DNA from: Blastocatellia bacterium
Lineage (GTDB): Bacteria; Acidobacteriota; Blastocatellia; UBA7656
DNA: 64,000 nt
Direction: 5' to 3'
Assembly: GCA_963765495.1 (NCBI GenBank)
Contig: CAVXWP010000007.1
Coordinates: 320,001-384,000 of the forward strand
The notes under the pieces were generated by a model. It did no database searches. It was not told the origin of the DNA and saw only the letters and a list, made by a program, of their open reading frames with translations. Position numbers and translations under genes: made by a program. How positions within the stretch are numbered: the first letter of the stretch is position 1; the number at the start of each line of letters is the position of its first letter. Shown piece by piece: positions 18,646 through 28,741 of this stretch.

Positions 18646-19047
18646 ATGGCATACAAAGTCTTTATAAGCTCAACGTCAAGGGATATCGATCTGGCCAGAG
18701 ACCTTGCTCAAAGGCTCGACAAAACGGATGCAAAAGTCTCTTTGTCTTCGGCGGAGGCCGCTTCGAATGAGGAGCCTGTAATAACCGGCGTCGGGCGCGC
18801 ATTGCGTGAGGCTGATGAAGTCATACTCATACTGACCAATAACGCGGTCAACAACTCCGGGGTGCTGTTTGATATGGGGGCCGCCTTCTCAATGCGGAAA
18901 CGTGTTACGCCTGTGGTTATCGGAGTCGAGCCTGATGATCTTCCGCCAGTTATTAAGCAGATGCCTTACGTTAAGTACGGGGACCTGCAAAATTTTCTTG
19001 CAGACCTTGAAAAGCGCGCCAGCATATCCGAGGCCCAACCTGCCTGA
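18646..19047 (+). CDS. Stand-alone TIR-domain protein (catalytic Glu replaced by Asp)
   Basis: KVFISSTSRD, ALREADEVILILT..GVLFDMGAA..KRVTPV. Confidence 0.8.
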   Translation: MAYKVFISSTSRDIDLARDLAQRLDKTDAKVSLSSAEAASNEEPVITGVGRALREADEVILILTNNAVNNSGVLFDMGAAFSMRKRVTPVVIGVEPDDLPPVIKQMPYVKYGDLQNFLADLEKRASISEAQPA

Positions 19048-19107
19048 GACTATCAAGATATGCGCTGATCGCGGCAAGAAACCCGAACCGTTTATCCGCC
19101 GGATCGT

Positions 19108-19722
19108 TTATCCGCCGGTCGCGCCCGCGGCTTCCGTATCTTCGAGCATTCCACGCCCGGTCAACAGGTGAGCGCCGTTTTGTGACATCTCTTTGAGTGC
19201 CTTCGCTCCGTCATCGGGATGGACATTCACCGCCCGCACCCCGTCCGTAATCACGTAAACGTCGTAGCCCAGTTTCAAACCATCCAGCACCGTCGCGCGC
19301 ACACAGTAATCTGTCGCAAGCCCCGCTACGTACAGCCTTTCGATGTTACGGGTTTTGAGCACCTCATCGAGCGAACGCCCCGCTTTGTCTCTTCCTTCGA
19401 ATTCGGAGTAAGCATCCCGTTCGACTGTATCGGCCTTGCGAAAATAAAGGTCTATTTCGGCTTGATTCAATCGCGTATGGAGTTCAGCGCCCGGCGTTCC
19501 CTGTACGCAATGCGGAGGCCAGGGGCCGCCCTGTTGCTTGAAAGATATGTGATTTGCAGGATGCCAGTCTATGCCTGAAACGACGAGTGGAAACTCGGGA
19601 ATCAACCTGTTGACTATATCAATAATCTGATCTCCCTCAGAAACGGACAGCGCGCCGCCGGGGCAGAAATCGTTTTGAATATCGACCAGCAACAGCGCAG
19701 AATTTTCAAACCGACTCTTCAT
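19108..19722 (-). CDS. pncA: Nicotinamidase/pyrazinamidase
   Basis: VDIQNDFCPGGAL, DWHP..HISF, WPPHCVQGT.GA, YSEF, GLATDYCV. Confidence 0.95.
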   Translation of the reverse strand: MKSRFENSALLLVDIQNDFCPGGALSVSEGDQIIDIVNRLIPEFPLVVSGIDWHPANHISFKQQGGPWPPHCVQGTPGAELHTRLNQAEIDLYFRKADTVERDAYSEFEGRDKAGRSLDEVLKTRNIERLYVAGLATDYCVRATVLDGLKLGYDVYVITDGVRAVNVHPDDGAKALKEMSQNGAHLLTGRGMLEDTEAAGATGG

Positions 19723-19779
19723 ATCAAACCCTCCTGATTAATAGTATACAGGCGAGCGGAAGGATTGCTATCCTCCGGC

Positions 19780-21225
19780 TCATGCGCGTGAACGGCGCGC
19801 ATCCGTGATTTCCGCTTTCAGTCGCTCACGTTCTTTTTCGAGTCGCTCGCTATGTCTTACCGGGTATCGTGCCTCTGAATCAAGGGCGAGCAAATCTTCC
19901 GGCAATCGTTTTAATTCATCAGCCGCTCGCGCCTGTGCTCGATTCAAACGCAAAAGCCGCGCCTGTCTGACCCTCTGCGGTTCATCGCCCTCCGAATTCG
20001 CGCGCGGAAGCTGCGCTTCCACACGCTGCCCCGCTTTCATTACCTGTTCGAGAAGCGGGTGCCAGAGTGCGCCCGTCTCTTTTGTCTCAAAGGGGTGATC
20101 TGAATCGGCGAGCGTAATCATATCCCGGTTGTATTTACCTGTTTCGTCTGTCATCCGCCATATCTGTTTTGGACCGGGATAGGTAGACTTGTCTGCGCTC
20201 AACTTGATCTTCATATCTATGTGGCCGTCTCTGATCATCCCGACCAGTTTATAGACTCCGGCAAGCGCGGGCGCATCAGCCGAGGTGGCAAGCTCGGTCC
20301 CGACGCCGAAGGCATCTATTCTGGCTCCTCTCAAAAGCAGATCATTGATTCGGTATTCGTTGAGGTCGCTGCTTGCGAGTATCTTTGTCTTGATCATCCC
20401 GCCCCGGTCGAGTATCTCTCTTGCGCGAATGCTCAACTCGCATAGATCGCCGCTGTCGAGTCTTATAGCCGAAACCGCCTCCTTGAAATCGCGGGTCAAT
20501 CGCTCGACCGCCGCAACCGTGTCATAGGTGTCAACCAGGATAGTGGCCGTGTCAGGAAAGACTTTGAGGAAAGCTCGGAACGCTTCGTCTTCTTTATCAA
20601 ACACCATAACGAAAGAGTGTGCGAGCGTGCCAAGCGTAGGTATCCCGAACAGGTAACCGGCCTCCACATTTGATGTGCCGTCGCATCCGGCGATATAGGC
20701 GGCGCGGGCGGCAAACAATCCGGCTTCGGTTCCGTGCGCCCGCCGGGTGCCGAATTCTATTACGTTCCGGCCACGCGCCGCCGTAACCACGCGAGCCGCT
20801 TTACTTGCGATCATTGTTTGAAAATTGATGGTCGAAAGCAGGAAAGTCTCTATTACCTGCGCTTCGATTATGGGCGCTTCAACTCGCACAAGCGGCTCCA
20901 TCGCAAAGACGGCGGTCCCTTCCGGCACGGCCCAGAGATCGCCTGTGAATTTGAACTGCGCGAGATAATCAAAGAATTCTTTGCTGACGTGTTTGAACCC
21001 GGGATGTTCGCGCAGATAGGCGATCTGCTCACCGGTGAATTTCAGACTCGCCAGGTAATCTATCGCCTGTTCCAATCCCGCTGCTATCAGGTATGTGCGA
21101 TTTGCCGGAAGCCTGCGCGCCAATAGCTCAAAGATGGCCCGGTCGTCGATACGATTATCAAAGTAGGCGGCGGCCATCGTCAGTTCGTAGAGGTCGGTTG
21201 CCAGTGCCGGAGCGCGTTCAATCAT
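19780..21225 (-). CDS. pncB: Nicotinate phosphoribosyltransferase
   Basis: LATDLYELTM, EFGTRRAHG, GTSNV, GTLAHS, LVDTYDT, RLDSGDL, FGVGT; start trimmed from the 653-aa ORF. Confidence 0.95.
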   Translation of the reverse strand: MIERAPALATDLYELTMAAAYFDNRIDDRAIFELLARRLPANRTYLIAAGLEQAIDYLASLKFTGEQIAYLREHPGFKHVSKEFFDYLAQFKFTGDLWAVPEGTAVFAMEPLVRVEAPIIEAQVIETFLLSTINFQTMIASKAARVVTAARGRNVIEFGTRRAHGTEAGLFAARAAYIAGCDGTSNVEAGYLFGIPTLGTLAHSFVMVFDKEDEAFRAFLKVFPDTATILVDTYDTVAAVERLTRDFKEAVSAIRLDSGDLCELSIRAREILDRGGMIKTKILASSDLNEYRINDLLLRGARIDAFGVGTELATSADAPALAGVYKLVGMIRDGHIDMKIKLSADKSTYPGPKQIWRMTDETGKYNRDMITLADSDHPFETKETGALWHPLLEQVMKAGQRVEAQLPRANSEGDEPQRVRQARLLRLNRAQARAADELKRLPEDLLALDSEARYPVRHSERLEKERERLKAEITDARRSRA

Positions 21226-21375
21226 AAGCCAGTTTACCACGGATACTACTGACCTAAGAGCGAAAACATAAACTAAATCAGAAGCGATCCCCCCGGCTTG
21301 AGTGTTTCTCGCGTGCCGGTTACAATCGCCAGCCTGAGAGGTTTTTCTAAACTGTGAGAGACGTTTTTCAAAGGG

Positions 21376-21810
21376 ATGAACAAAGCCACAAAGAACAAAC
21401 CGGCCGTCTCCGATAGAGTTTCTGAAGCGCGCGTCAGGGTTCGTTATGCCGAAACCGACCAGATGGGCATGGCTTATTATGCAAATTACCTGGTGTGGTT
21501 CGAGGTAGGCCGCAGCCAGTTTTGCAACGATTGCGGGTTCTCTTATCGCGATATGGAAAAAGAGACGCAACTGTTTTTGACCGTGGCCGAGGCCAACTGC
21601 CGCTACATGACACCGGCTCGTTACGAAGATGAGTTGATCATTCGGACGAGGGTCATCGAACTTACGCGGAGGACCGTCAGATTCAGCTACGAGCTTGAGC
21701 GAACGGACGGCTACGTGGTAGCAATCGGTCAGACGCTCCACGTACTGATCAACGTCGAGGGACGCCCCTCGAGTATGCCGGAAAAATATCTGTCAATGCT
21801 CGGAAAGTAG
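21376..21810 (+). CDS. Acyl-CoA thioesterase (YbgC/FadM hot-dog family)
   Basis: VRVRYAETDQMGMAYYANYLVWFEVGR. Confidence 0.92.
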   Translation: MNKATKNKPAVSDRVSEARVRVRYAETDQMGMAYYANYLVWFEVGRSQFCNDCGFSYRDMEKETQLFLTVAEANCRYMTPARYEDELIIRTRVIELTRRTVRFSYELERTDGYVVAIGQTLHVLINVEGRPSSMPEKYLSMLGK

Positions 21811-21812
21811 AT

Positions 21813-21917
21813 GGGGGTCGGGAGCCGGGGATCTCATTTCAATTATGAATTACTATCTTGAGTCAACACCTCGCATTTTCAGGTTCCCGGCCCCCGGCCC
21901 CCGACCCCCGGCCCCCG
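21813..21917. repeat. Heptamer-arm hairpin (GGGG(T/C)C(G/A) type)
   Basis: gggggtcgggagccgggg ... cccggcccccggcccccgacccccggccccc. Confidence 0.75.
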
Positions 21918-21920
21918 CTT

Positions 21921-22763
21921 ATGGATAGGCTGATTTATCACAACGACCGGATAGTTGATGCGGCTGAGGCGGAGGTTCTGCCCACGCTTGCGGGCGCGCT
22001 ATATGGCTGGGGGGTGTTTACAACCGCGCGCATCTACGAGGGGAAAGTGTTTGCCTTCGAGCGCCATTGGGAACGCATCACGCGTGACGGGGAAAAGGCG
22101 CGCATCAGCGTGCCGTTTGAACTTGAGCAGGCAAGGCGCGCCGTTGATGAATTGGTAGAAGCAAATAAGGCGCGGGAGGGAAGGGTGCGGCTCACCTTGC
22201 TTAAAGGCGAGGCCGGCGGATGGCGCATCGAGCCGGGACGCGAATCCGAGTTCTTCATCTTTACTTCATCTGAAACCATCCGGCCACGTCGCGAAACTGC
22301 CATCACTATGTCGCCTTATCGCATGCTTTCATTCGGCCCTCTGGCAGGCGTAAAACGAACGGCGATGCTTGAGAATCTGCTCGCGCTGGAAGAGGCCCGT
22401 TCGCGTGGATTCGCCGAAGCCGTCATGCTGAACGAGCGCGGAGAGATGGTCAGCGTGACCTCGGCAAACCTCTTCTGGATTGAACGAGACGAACTCTATA
22501 CGCCTTCGCCCGCTACGGGGTGCATCGCCGGAGTGACACGCGCCCTTGTCTGCGAGACCGCTCGAAAGATGGGCATACACGTGGTTGAGGGCAGCTTTAC
22601 AGTTCAGAGCCTGCTAGACGCAAACGAAGTCTTTTTGACATCCACCACCCGCGAGATTTCATCCGTTACGAGCTTTGATATAAAAGAGTATGACCACAAA
22701 CTCGCCCGCCTGACCCGTCACATCAACCGGGAATTTCAAAAACTCTTACGCCGTGGACGGTAA
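21921..22763 (+). CDS. Aminotransferase class IV (ADC lyase/BCAT-like)
   Basis: YGWGVFTT, HWERI, GVKR, EAVMLN, ANLF, GCIAGVTR, EVFLTST. Confidence 0.88.
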   Translation: MDRLIYHNDRIVDAAEAEVLPTLAGALYGWGVFTTARIYEGKVFAFERHWERITRDGEKARISVPFELEQARRAVDELVEANKAREGRVRLTLLKGEAGGWRIEPGRESEFFIFTSSETIRPRRETAITMSPYRMLSFGPLAGVKRTAMLENLLALEEARSRGFAEAVMLNERGEMVSVTSANLFWIERDELYTPSPATGCIAGVTRALVCETARKMGIHVVEGSFTVQSLLDANEVFLTSTTREISSVTSFDIKEYDHKLARLTRHINREFQKLLRRGR

Positions 22764-22818
22764 GCAAGTGCTTCAAGGCCAGGGCCATTCAGTTTTCAAA
22801 GTGTAGATAAGGAAACTG

Positions 22819-22890
22819 GGAATAGACCACGGACGGACGCGGATCGAGCGGATTTACGCGGATCAGTCCCTATTTGATCTAATCCGCGCT
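22819..22890. repeat. GCGGAT-type 9/10-nt-unit hairpin
   Basis: gaatagaccacggacggacgcggatcgagcggatttacgcggat ... aatccgcg. Confidence 0.75.
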
Positions 22891-23249
22891 AAAAAAGACG
22901 AGCGAAGGGAAGATGTGGAGACTCACCAAATGGCGTGAGTCTCTACACATTTTTTGTGAGTGTACGCACGAAATAAACAGTTAGCGCCTGGGAGCGCAGA
23001 CATCCCCGTCTGCATATCTTGCTTGGAGCGATTACCGCCCTTATTAAACTTGTTGCATACTGCGCCCTGACCACTGACAAAATTGCAGCTTTGTGGTATA
23101 TCTGCGATTGTAATCAGACACGGCCGCAGCCGGGGATTGACGAGCGAATCGGGGTGGTTGCTCAATTCTAAGAAAGGGGGCGGCGCTGCTATCCGGGCAG
23201 AGATGTCTGACCATCTGCCTGCTGCCGGGCGCAGTCGCCGGGATAGTTT

Positions 23250-24212
23250 ATGAAGACCTGTCCAAAATGCGGAGCCGAAAATCTTCAGACGGCTTCCAGT
23301 TGCCGTCTGTGCGCTGTGCCGCTTGAAGCGCCTGAAAGCTTGCTTGGCGTCCGGGCGGACATGCCTTTGTCTGAGCAGTTGCCGTCTATGGATTTGATTT
23401 CGGGGGACGATCCTTCTCATAAATCCGCTCAGGGTTCCTCGTCTCCGATTCGAAATATTTGTCCGGGTTGCAGCACACCCAACGAGCCCGAATGGCTGTT
23501 TTGCCAGCACTGCGGCTCCAGATTGACCGGCGCTCACCAGATCGTCATTTCAGAAGACGATGTGCCTACCGACCCCATGGGCAGGAAAGAGCCCGAGCGC
23601 CAGGAAGTGTCGCCCGCCGAGAGCCTTGCTTCTGAGAAAAAGACGGAGGAACGGCGGGGGTACAAGCCTGAACCGGCGATTCGCCCTCAACCCCGCAAAC
23701 CGCCTGCCGCGCGTCCGGAGCTTGGATTGATTACAAACTTTGATCCGCGCGGAGACGATGAGAATCAGATATTCGTCACCAACGTGGATCATAACCTGGA
23801 TGCCCGCGTAGAGTGCGAATCCTGTGGGGCCACGCAGCACGATGAGGGACCCTTCTGCACAAGTTGTGGCCAGAAGTTGTCGGCGTTTTCTCTGGCCCGG
23901 CAGAAGGCGCAGGAGGTCAGCAGGCCGGTTCCATCTCTTAAATTGATAGTCGAGGGTGGAAAGGAAGGGCAGACGTTTTCACTCAATCACAAGGAAACCC
24001 TGATCGGCAGATCGCAGGGCGACATTACTTTTCCGCATGACGGCTATATGTCGAGCCGTCACTCGATGGTGGTCGAACGCGACGGCCGTTACTTTCTTTT
24101 AGATGAAGACTCTCGCAACGGCACCTTTATACGCATCACGGGTGAGACAGAGCTTCAGCCTGATGATATGTTTCTGGTAGGCAAACAGATATTGCGCTTC
24201 GAAAAATTATAG
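23250..24212 (+). CDS. Zinc-ribbon repeats + C-terminal FHA domain protein
   Basis: Three CxxC..CxxC ribbons; IGRSQG..MSSRHS..DEDSRNGTF. Confidence 0.88.
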   Translation: MKTCPKCGAENLQTASSCRLCAVPLEAPESLLGVRADMPLSEQLPSMDLISGDDPSHKSAQGSSSPIRNICPGCSTPNEPEWLFCQHCGSRLTGAHQIVISEDDVPTDPMGRKEPERQEVSPAESLASEKKTEERRGYKPEPAIRPQPRKPPAARPELGLITNFDPRGDDENQIFVTNVDHNLDARVECESCGATQHDEGPFCTSCGQKLSAFSLARQKAQEVSRPVPSLKLIVEGGKEGQTFSLNHKETLIGRSQGDITFPHDGYMSSRHSMVVERDGRYFLLDEDSRNGTFIRITGETELQPDDMFLVGKQILRFEKL

Positions 24213-24220
24213 CCCGCGCC

Positions 24221-25555
24221 TCAGCGCAAGCGGTCGGCTTTTATCGTGAAGAAGACCGTAGCCAGTCGGTTTCCGCGCAGAAACTGAGTCCATATGCGAT
24301 AGACGCCGGGTCTTGGAATCATCGCTCCAAAAGTGATGTCGGGGCCTCCCTTTAACTTGTCGCGGTCAGCCACATCGGGCACTACCTCTTCCGGGTGCGA
24401 ATGCACATAATCGGTCTGATCTTCGCTCAATATCAGCGTGTGCCCCCACGCTCCGAGATAGGGCGCCAGATCGCGCACAGGCTCGCCCGTCTTTGCATCC
24501 GTGAGATGGTATTTCAGCGCTACGAAACTGCCCGCGATGATCTCCGGCGGATCGAGCTTTAACTCGATCTTCATCGGGTTCACATCTCCTTCGGATAACG
24601 AAGCTATGTCTATGCCCGCGTTTCCAGCTGTGGCTTCGGTCACCTTCTGACCCTCTACTATCTTTACAAGCGTCGTATCGGGTTTGAGGTGAGGGCGCTC
24701 GGCAAACAGATCGCTTGCGTACCCGGCAGTCACCAGATCGCGCTGAAGCACCTGGGGTATGCCGTCAATCGGATAGATGTCTGAGTAAATTTTATAGTGA
24801 CCCGCCTGCTTCAGAGTGGTGTCTATTGTGAAGCTGCCGTCGGGCTCAAGACGGGGATGAATGTGCTGGAAATCGCTCATGTCCTGGCTTACTACGAAGA
24901 GGTGAAAGAGTTTGTCGTGCAAGGTTGCGAATCGTTTCACCTGCTCGCCGGTCTCGGGATTCGATACCGTGAAATGCATTCTCACCTTTTCATTTACCTT
25001 TGGCGCTTTTGGCGTAACTTCAAACTTCAGATCAAACATTTCGGCGATAGCCGGGTTTGCGGGCACGAGTTTCATCTGGCATTTGGGGCATTTCCCCGGC
25101 ACTCTGAACCTCAGTTCGGGGTGCATCGGGCAGGTGTATTCTTCGGCCTCGCCCGAGGACGCTTCTTCCTTTTTGCTTTCCACCACAAGCTGCATCTGGC
25201 ACTTTGGGCAAGTGCCCGGCGTGGATGACTGCACTTCGGGGTGCATCGGGCAGACATAAACTACCGACTTCAATTGAGTCTCCTGCGACTGAGAGTCCTG
25301 CGACTGAGAGTCCTGCGACTGAGGGTCCTGAGACTTAGTCTCTTGAGATTGAGCCGCGCTTTTTTGAGCTATCAGTTTCATCTGGCACTTTGGGCAATTG
25401 CCCGGCTTTGAGGACGTGACCTCCGGGTGCATAGGACAGACATAAACCACGGATTCCTGATAAGCAGTAGATCCCTGATAAGCAGCCGTCGTAGAGTTTA
25501 GGAATGCGGGCGTGATCGAAAAACCGATAAGCAGGCAAACAAAAGCGCGAAACAT
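24221..25555 (-). CDS. Secreted protein with three heavy-metal-binding (YxCPMHP..PGxCPKCxM) domains
   Basis: Three CPMHP..CPKC repeats; HIHP, HSHP and PGVYRIWTQF C-terminal domains. Confidence 0.85.
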   Translation of the reverse strand: MFRAFVCLLIGFSITPAFLNSTTAAYQGSTAYQESVVYVCPMHPEVTSSKPGNCPKCQMKLIAQKSAAQSQETKSQDPQSQDSQSQDSQSQETQLKSVVYVCPMHPEVQSSTPGTCPKCQMQLVVESKKEEASSGEAEEYTCPMHPELRFRVPGKCPKCQMKLVPANPAIAEMFDLKFEVTPKAPKVNEKVRMHFTVSNPETGEQVKRFATLHDKLFHLFVVSQDMSDFQHIHPRLEPDGSFTIDTTLKQAGHYKIYSDIYPIDGIPQVLQRDLVTAGYASDLFAERPHLKPDTTLVKIVEGQKVTEATAGNAGIDIASLSEGDVNPMKIELKLDPPEIIAGSFVALKYHLTDAKTGEPVRDLAPYLGAWGHTLILSEDQTDYVHSHPEEVVPDVADRDKLKGGPDITFGAMIPRPGVYRIWTQFLRGNRLATVFFTIKADRLR

Positions 25556-25663
25556 CTTTCCTCCTTTGAGAGTTTGATGAAATAGACTTCATTTAATACT
25601 ACATCCTAAAGGTTGTGAGGCCAAGCCGTGGCAGAGCCGTTCAGTTTGCCAAAATGTAGGAAA

Positions 25664-25755
25664 GGGAATAGAAATAGGCCACGGATTACACCTGATAAAG
25701 TCAGATCCGCGTAGATCCGCCTGATCCGCGTCATCCGTGGTCTATTTCTATTCCC
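25664..25755. repeat. GCGGAT-type 9/10-nt-unit hairpin between co-oriented genes
   Basis: ggaatagaaataggccacggat ... atccgtggtctatttctattccc. Confidence 0.85.
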
Positions 25756-25759
25756 TGAT

Positions 25760-28393
25760 TTAGAGCTTGAGGATAAACACGTTTGTCGCCAGACCGGACG
25801 AATCGGTCACCTGTACGCGGTTGTCGCCCGGACCCAGTCCAAGTTTGTTTGGCTTGCCTTTTATCTTGATAATTGTGTCGGAAGCGGTCTTTATATGAGA
25901 AGACTGGTCCTTGCCGTTTATCAGTACGCGAGGGGCATCGGGTAGCCTGCTGCCTGAAATTGTCATCTTCTTCTTCCCGTCAAAGATCACTGATGTGATG
26001 CTCGATCTCGCCTCCCCGGTCAATTCGTACGCGCCGCGCCCGTAGGTCGCAAGCTGTATCAATCCACCGGGCTGGGCCGTAAAAGCCTGCGCGACCACAG
26101 GCGGCAATCCGCGATTGAACTCCTGCCAGTCGACACCGGCGGTCGCGGTTCGAAACACGCCTGCGTCGGTGGCCAGATAGAGTATCGAAGACAAGACCGG
26201 GTCTATAATCAAGTCGTTTGCAGGAATGTCGGGAAGATTGCCGCTTATATCTTCCCAACCTGCCCCACCATTCGTAGTCTTGTAGACGTGCCCCGCGCCA
26301 AACCCTGAAACCGTAAGATAAGCGATAGCCGGGTCGGTCGGGTCAACCTTGATGCTTGTGATGAACCGGCGCGGGAGCCCTTCGGTCACATCCGTCCAGC
26401 TAATACCGCCGTCGCTGCTCGCCATCGCGCGACCCTGAGCCGAGCCCGTATAGATGTAACGGGTGTCGGAACGGCTTACGGCTATGGCAGACAGCACATC
26501 GCGCCCGCTTTCGGTAAAGCCCAGCGTCAGATCGAGATCGCCTGCCGGGGTTATCCACGAGCCGCCAAGGTTTGTGCTGACAAACAGACGCCACGTTCCG
26601 AAATAGAGCGTCGAGTCCACCCCGTTTCCGGTGAAGGGCGGATAGAAAGCAATCCGCCCGTTGAAATCGGGCTCGCCAAAGGTTGGATTCCAGGCTATCT
26701 GCCGGTCGAACGTCTGCCCATCGTTTACATAGCGGTAGACGGCTCCCCGAATGTAAGTGATAAACACCATGCCGGGATCGAGCGGATTTATCACGCATCG
26801 GCCGCCGTCTCCGTTTGAGAACTCTTTCCACTGGTCGGGACCTGCGAGGCGTCTTTGTGTGCCGTTATCCTGAGTTCCGCCGTAACTGATGTCCGGGTTG
26901 GTCGGATGCACGGCCAGGCTGATAAACTGCGACAACTTCAAAGTGCGGTTTAGTGATACAAAAGAATTACCTCCGTCAAAGGTCTTTGAGAGGCCACCAT
27001 CGTTTGCGATATAAAATTCGTTTGCGTTTGCGGGCGAAAACGCGAGGTCGTGCTGGTCTTCGTGAGTTTTGGAATTAAGTGGCGTGAACCCCCCAGCGCC
27101 GAAAACCTGAGTGATATTTGTCCAGCTTGCTCCGCCGTCAAGGCTCCTGTAAATGTCTCGCGTGCCCGCATAAATCGTGTCGGCATTTGTAGGGTCTACG
27201 GCCAGATAGGTGTTATAACCGAAACCCCCTCGGTCGATTCCCGCATCTCCCCGATCCGTCCAACTGGCTCCGCCATCCGTGCTCGACACTACGCGGATGT
27301 CCAGCCCTTCTCCAAAGAAACCGCCCATAAAAACGTAGAGCGTACCCGGTCGGCTGGGTGCTGGCGCTACCCTGACATCGCGCGATTTTCTTTCATCATA
27401 TGGTGTTTTGAGAATAAGCGCCCAGCTATTGCCGCCGTCGCTTGATTTGTAAAGACCCGGCTCGACCTCTTCTTCGTCTGTCTCCCGGCGGATGACACCC
27501 AGATAGAGCGTATTGGCATCAGCGGGATCAATCGCCAGATCGCGCGCCCGCCCGTTAAAGGTTTTCTGCCAGTTGACGCCGCCGTCGGTCGAGAGATAAA
27601 ACCCGCTCGCGATTCGGTCTTCGCCCGCCAGTTGCGTATACTGCGCCACATAGACCAGATTGGGGTCGGTCGGGTGAATCGCAAGTCTGGCTATCGTGCC
27701 GGGCGAAGGCAGCGATTGATTGCTGACACGTTGCCAGGTCCGCCCGCTGTCGGTCGTCTTAGAAACACCGCTCCCCAGATAACCGCCCGATAAATCCCCC
27801 ATGCCTGCGTAAGCAATCGCCGGGTCGCTTTTGGAAAAGGCTATAGAGCCAACCGCAAGATCCGCCTGATTATCGGAGACGGGAAGGAAATTCGAGCCGC
27901 CGTCGGTCGAGCGCCATATGCCGCCGGTCGCGCTGCCTATCAACAGAATCCGAGGGTCAGCCGGAGATACGGCTATGGTGTTTATGCGCCCGCTCGTCTG
28001 CCCCCGGTTGTTGAAATAGAAGGCATTGGTTGGCGAAGGTCCGATTGAACGCCACGCCGGGGCGTTTTCGGTGACGGCCGCAATTCCAAATCGCCCGCCG
28101 AGGCGACCGGCCCACGCCTTGCGCCGCGCCTCGGCGGGAATCACCTTTTGAGGGTAAGCGCGTTGAAACGCGAACCAGTTGTCTCGCTCTTCGATATCCT
28201 CTCCGGTCTCGCCTTCTGTCTCCTGGGCAAGACCGGGCGCAGGCGACAACGCCATAGATGGTCGAGATTGGAAGCCGGATGGGTGTGAAAGACGCGGGCT
28301 AAGAAAACCTGCGGTAAGCCCCGCCGCGATGAGCGAGAGAAGCAGATGGCGGAATGCGCGGTGACGCATCTCGATTGATGTCAGGCGTCTCAT
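25760..28393 (-). CDS. Secreted BNR/Asp-box beta-propeller protein with a small C-terminal beta domain
   Basis: Many S/TxDGGxxW Asp-boxes, GGTQDNG, ATYGRG. Confidence 0.85.
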   Translation of the reverse strand: MRRLTSIEMRHRAFRHLLLSLIAAGLTAGFLSPRLSHPSGFQSRPSMALSPAPGLAQETEGETGEDIEERDNWFAFQRAYPQKVIPAEARRKAWAGRLGGRFGIAAVTENAPAWRSIGPSPTNAFYFNNRGQTSGRINTIAVSPADPRILLIGSATGGIWRSTDGGSNFLPVSDNQADLAVGSIAFSKSDPAIAYAGMGDLSGGYLGSGVSKTTDSGRTWQRVSNQSLPSPGTIARLAIHPTDPNLVYVAQYTQLAGEDRIASGFYLSTDGGVNWQKTFNGRARDLAIDPADANTLYLGVIRRETDEEEVEPGLYKSSDGGNSWALILKTPYDERKSRDVRVAPAPSRPGTLYVFMGGFFGEGLDIRVVSSTDGGASWTDRGDAGIDRGGFGYNTYLAVDPTNADTIYAGTRDIYRSLDGGASWTNITQVFGAGGFTPLNSKTHEDQHDLAFSPANANEFYIANDGGLSKTFDGGNSFVSLNRTLKLSQFISLAVHPTNPDISYGGTQDNGTQRRLAGPDQWKEFSNGDGGRCVINPLDPGMVFITYIRGAVYRYVNDGQTFDRQIAWNPTFGEPDFNGRIAFYPPFTGNGVDSTLYFGTWRLFVSTNLGGSWITPAGDLDLTLGFTESGRDVLSAIAVSRSDTRYIYTGSAQGRAMASSDGGISWTDVTEGLPRRFITSIKVDPTDPAIAYLTVSGFGAGHVYKTTNGGAGWEDISGNLPDIPANDLIIDPVLSSILYLATDAGVFRTATAGVDWQEFNRGLPPVVAQAFTAQPGGLIQLATYGRGAYELTGEARSSITSVIFDGKKKMTISGSRLPDAPRVLINGKDQSSHIKTASDTIIKIKGKPNKLGLGPGDNRVQVTDSSGLATNVFILKL

Positions 28394-28461
28394 AATTAAT
28401 CGGGGTCGAGCAGAGAGATTCTAATTCAAAGTGTGCGGGCTTGGCAAAAATGAATCCGAAT

Positions 28462-28546
28462 TGTGATTCGTGATGCGTGATTCGTGACTTTGAGGCGAAT
28501 TGCTTTTGACAGTCGAATGAGTATCTCACGCATCGCGCATCACGCC
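28462..28546. repeat. Heptamer-arm hairpin (GTGAT(T/G)C type)
   Basis: gtgattcgtgatgcgtgattcgtgacttt ... tcacgcatcgcgcatcacg. Confidence 0.8.
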
Positions 28547-28741
28547 TTATCTTATAGATTCTTGCAATTATGTTGTCGTTATAGGAGGAGCGTAAAGGGT
28601 GTGCTAAAATTTTGCTGACGCCCATCTAAGGATGTGGCTAAGGCTGAATGGTGTTGCTCCTCCCCCACCTTTGGGCCAAAAAACATTAATCCTATTATTG
28701 GCTTTGACCGGGCTGAAGGGCTGGTGCATTGGAGGTGTATC

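Noticed and set aside
21226-21741. Apparent 172-aa N-terminal extension of PncB
   Set aside because: It overlaps the clear thioesterase gene on the opposite strand; PncB homology begins at MIERAPALATDLY.
22923-23537. 204-aa minus-strand ORF
   Set aside because: It overlaps the zinc-ribbon/FHA gene and has no recognisable motifs.
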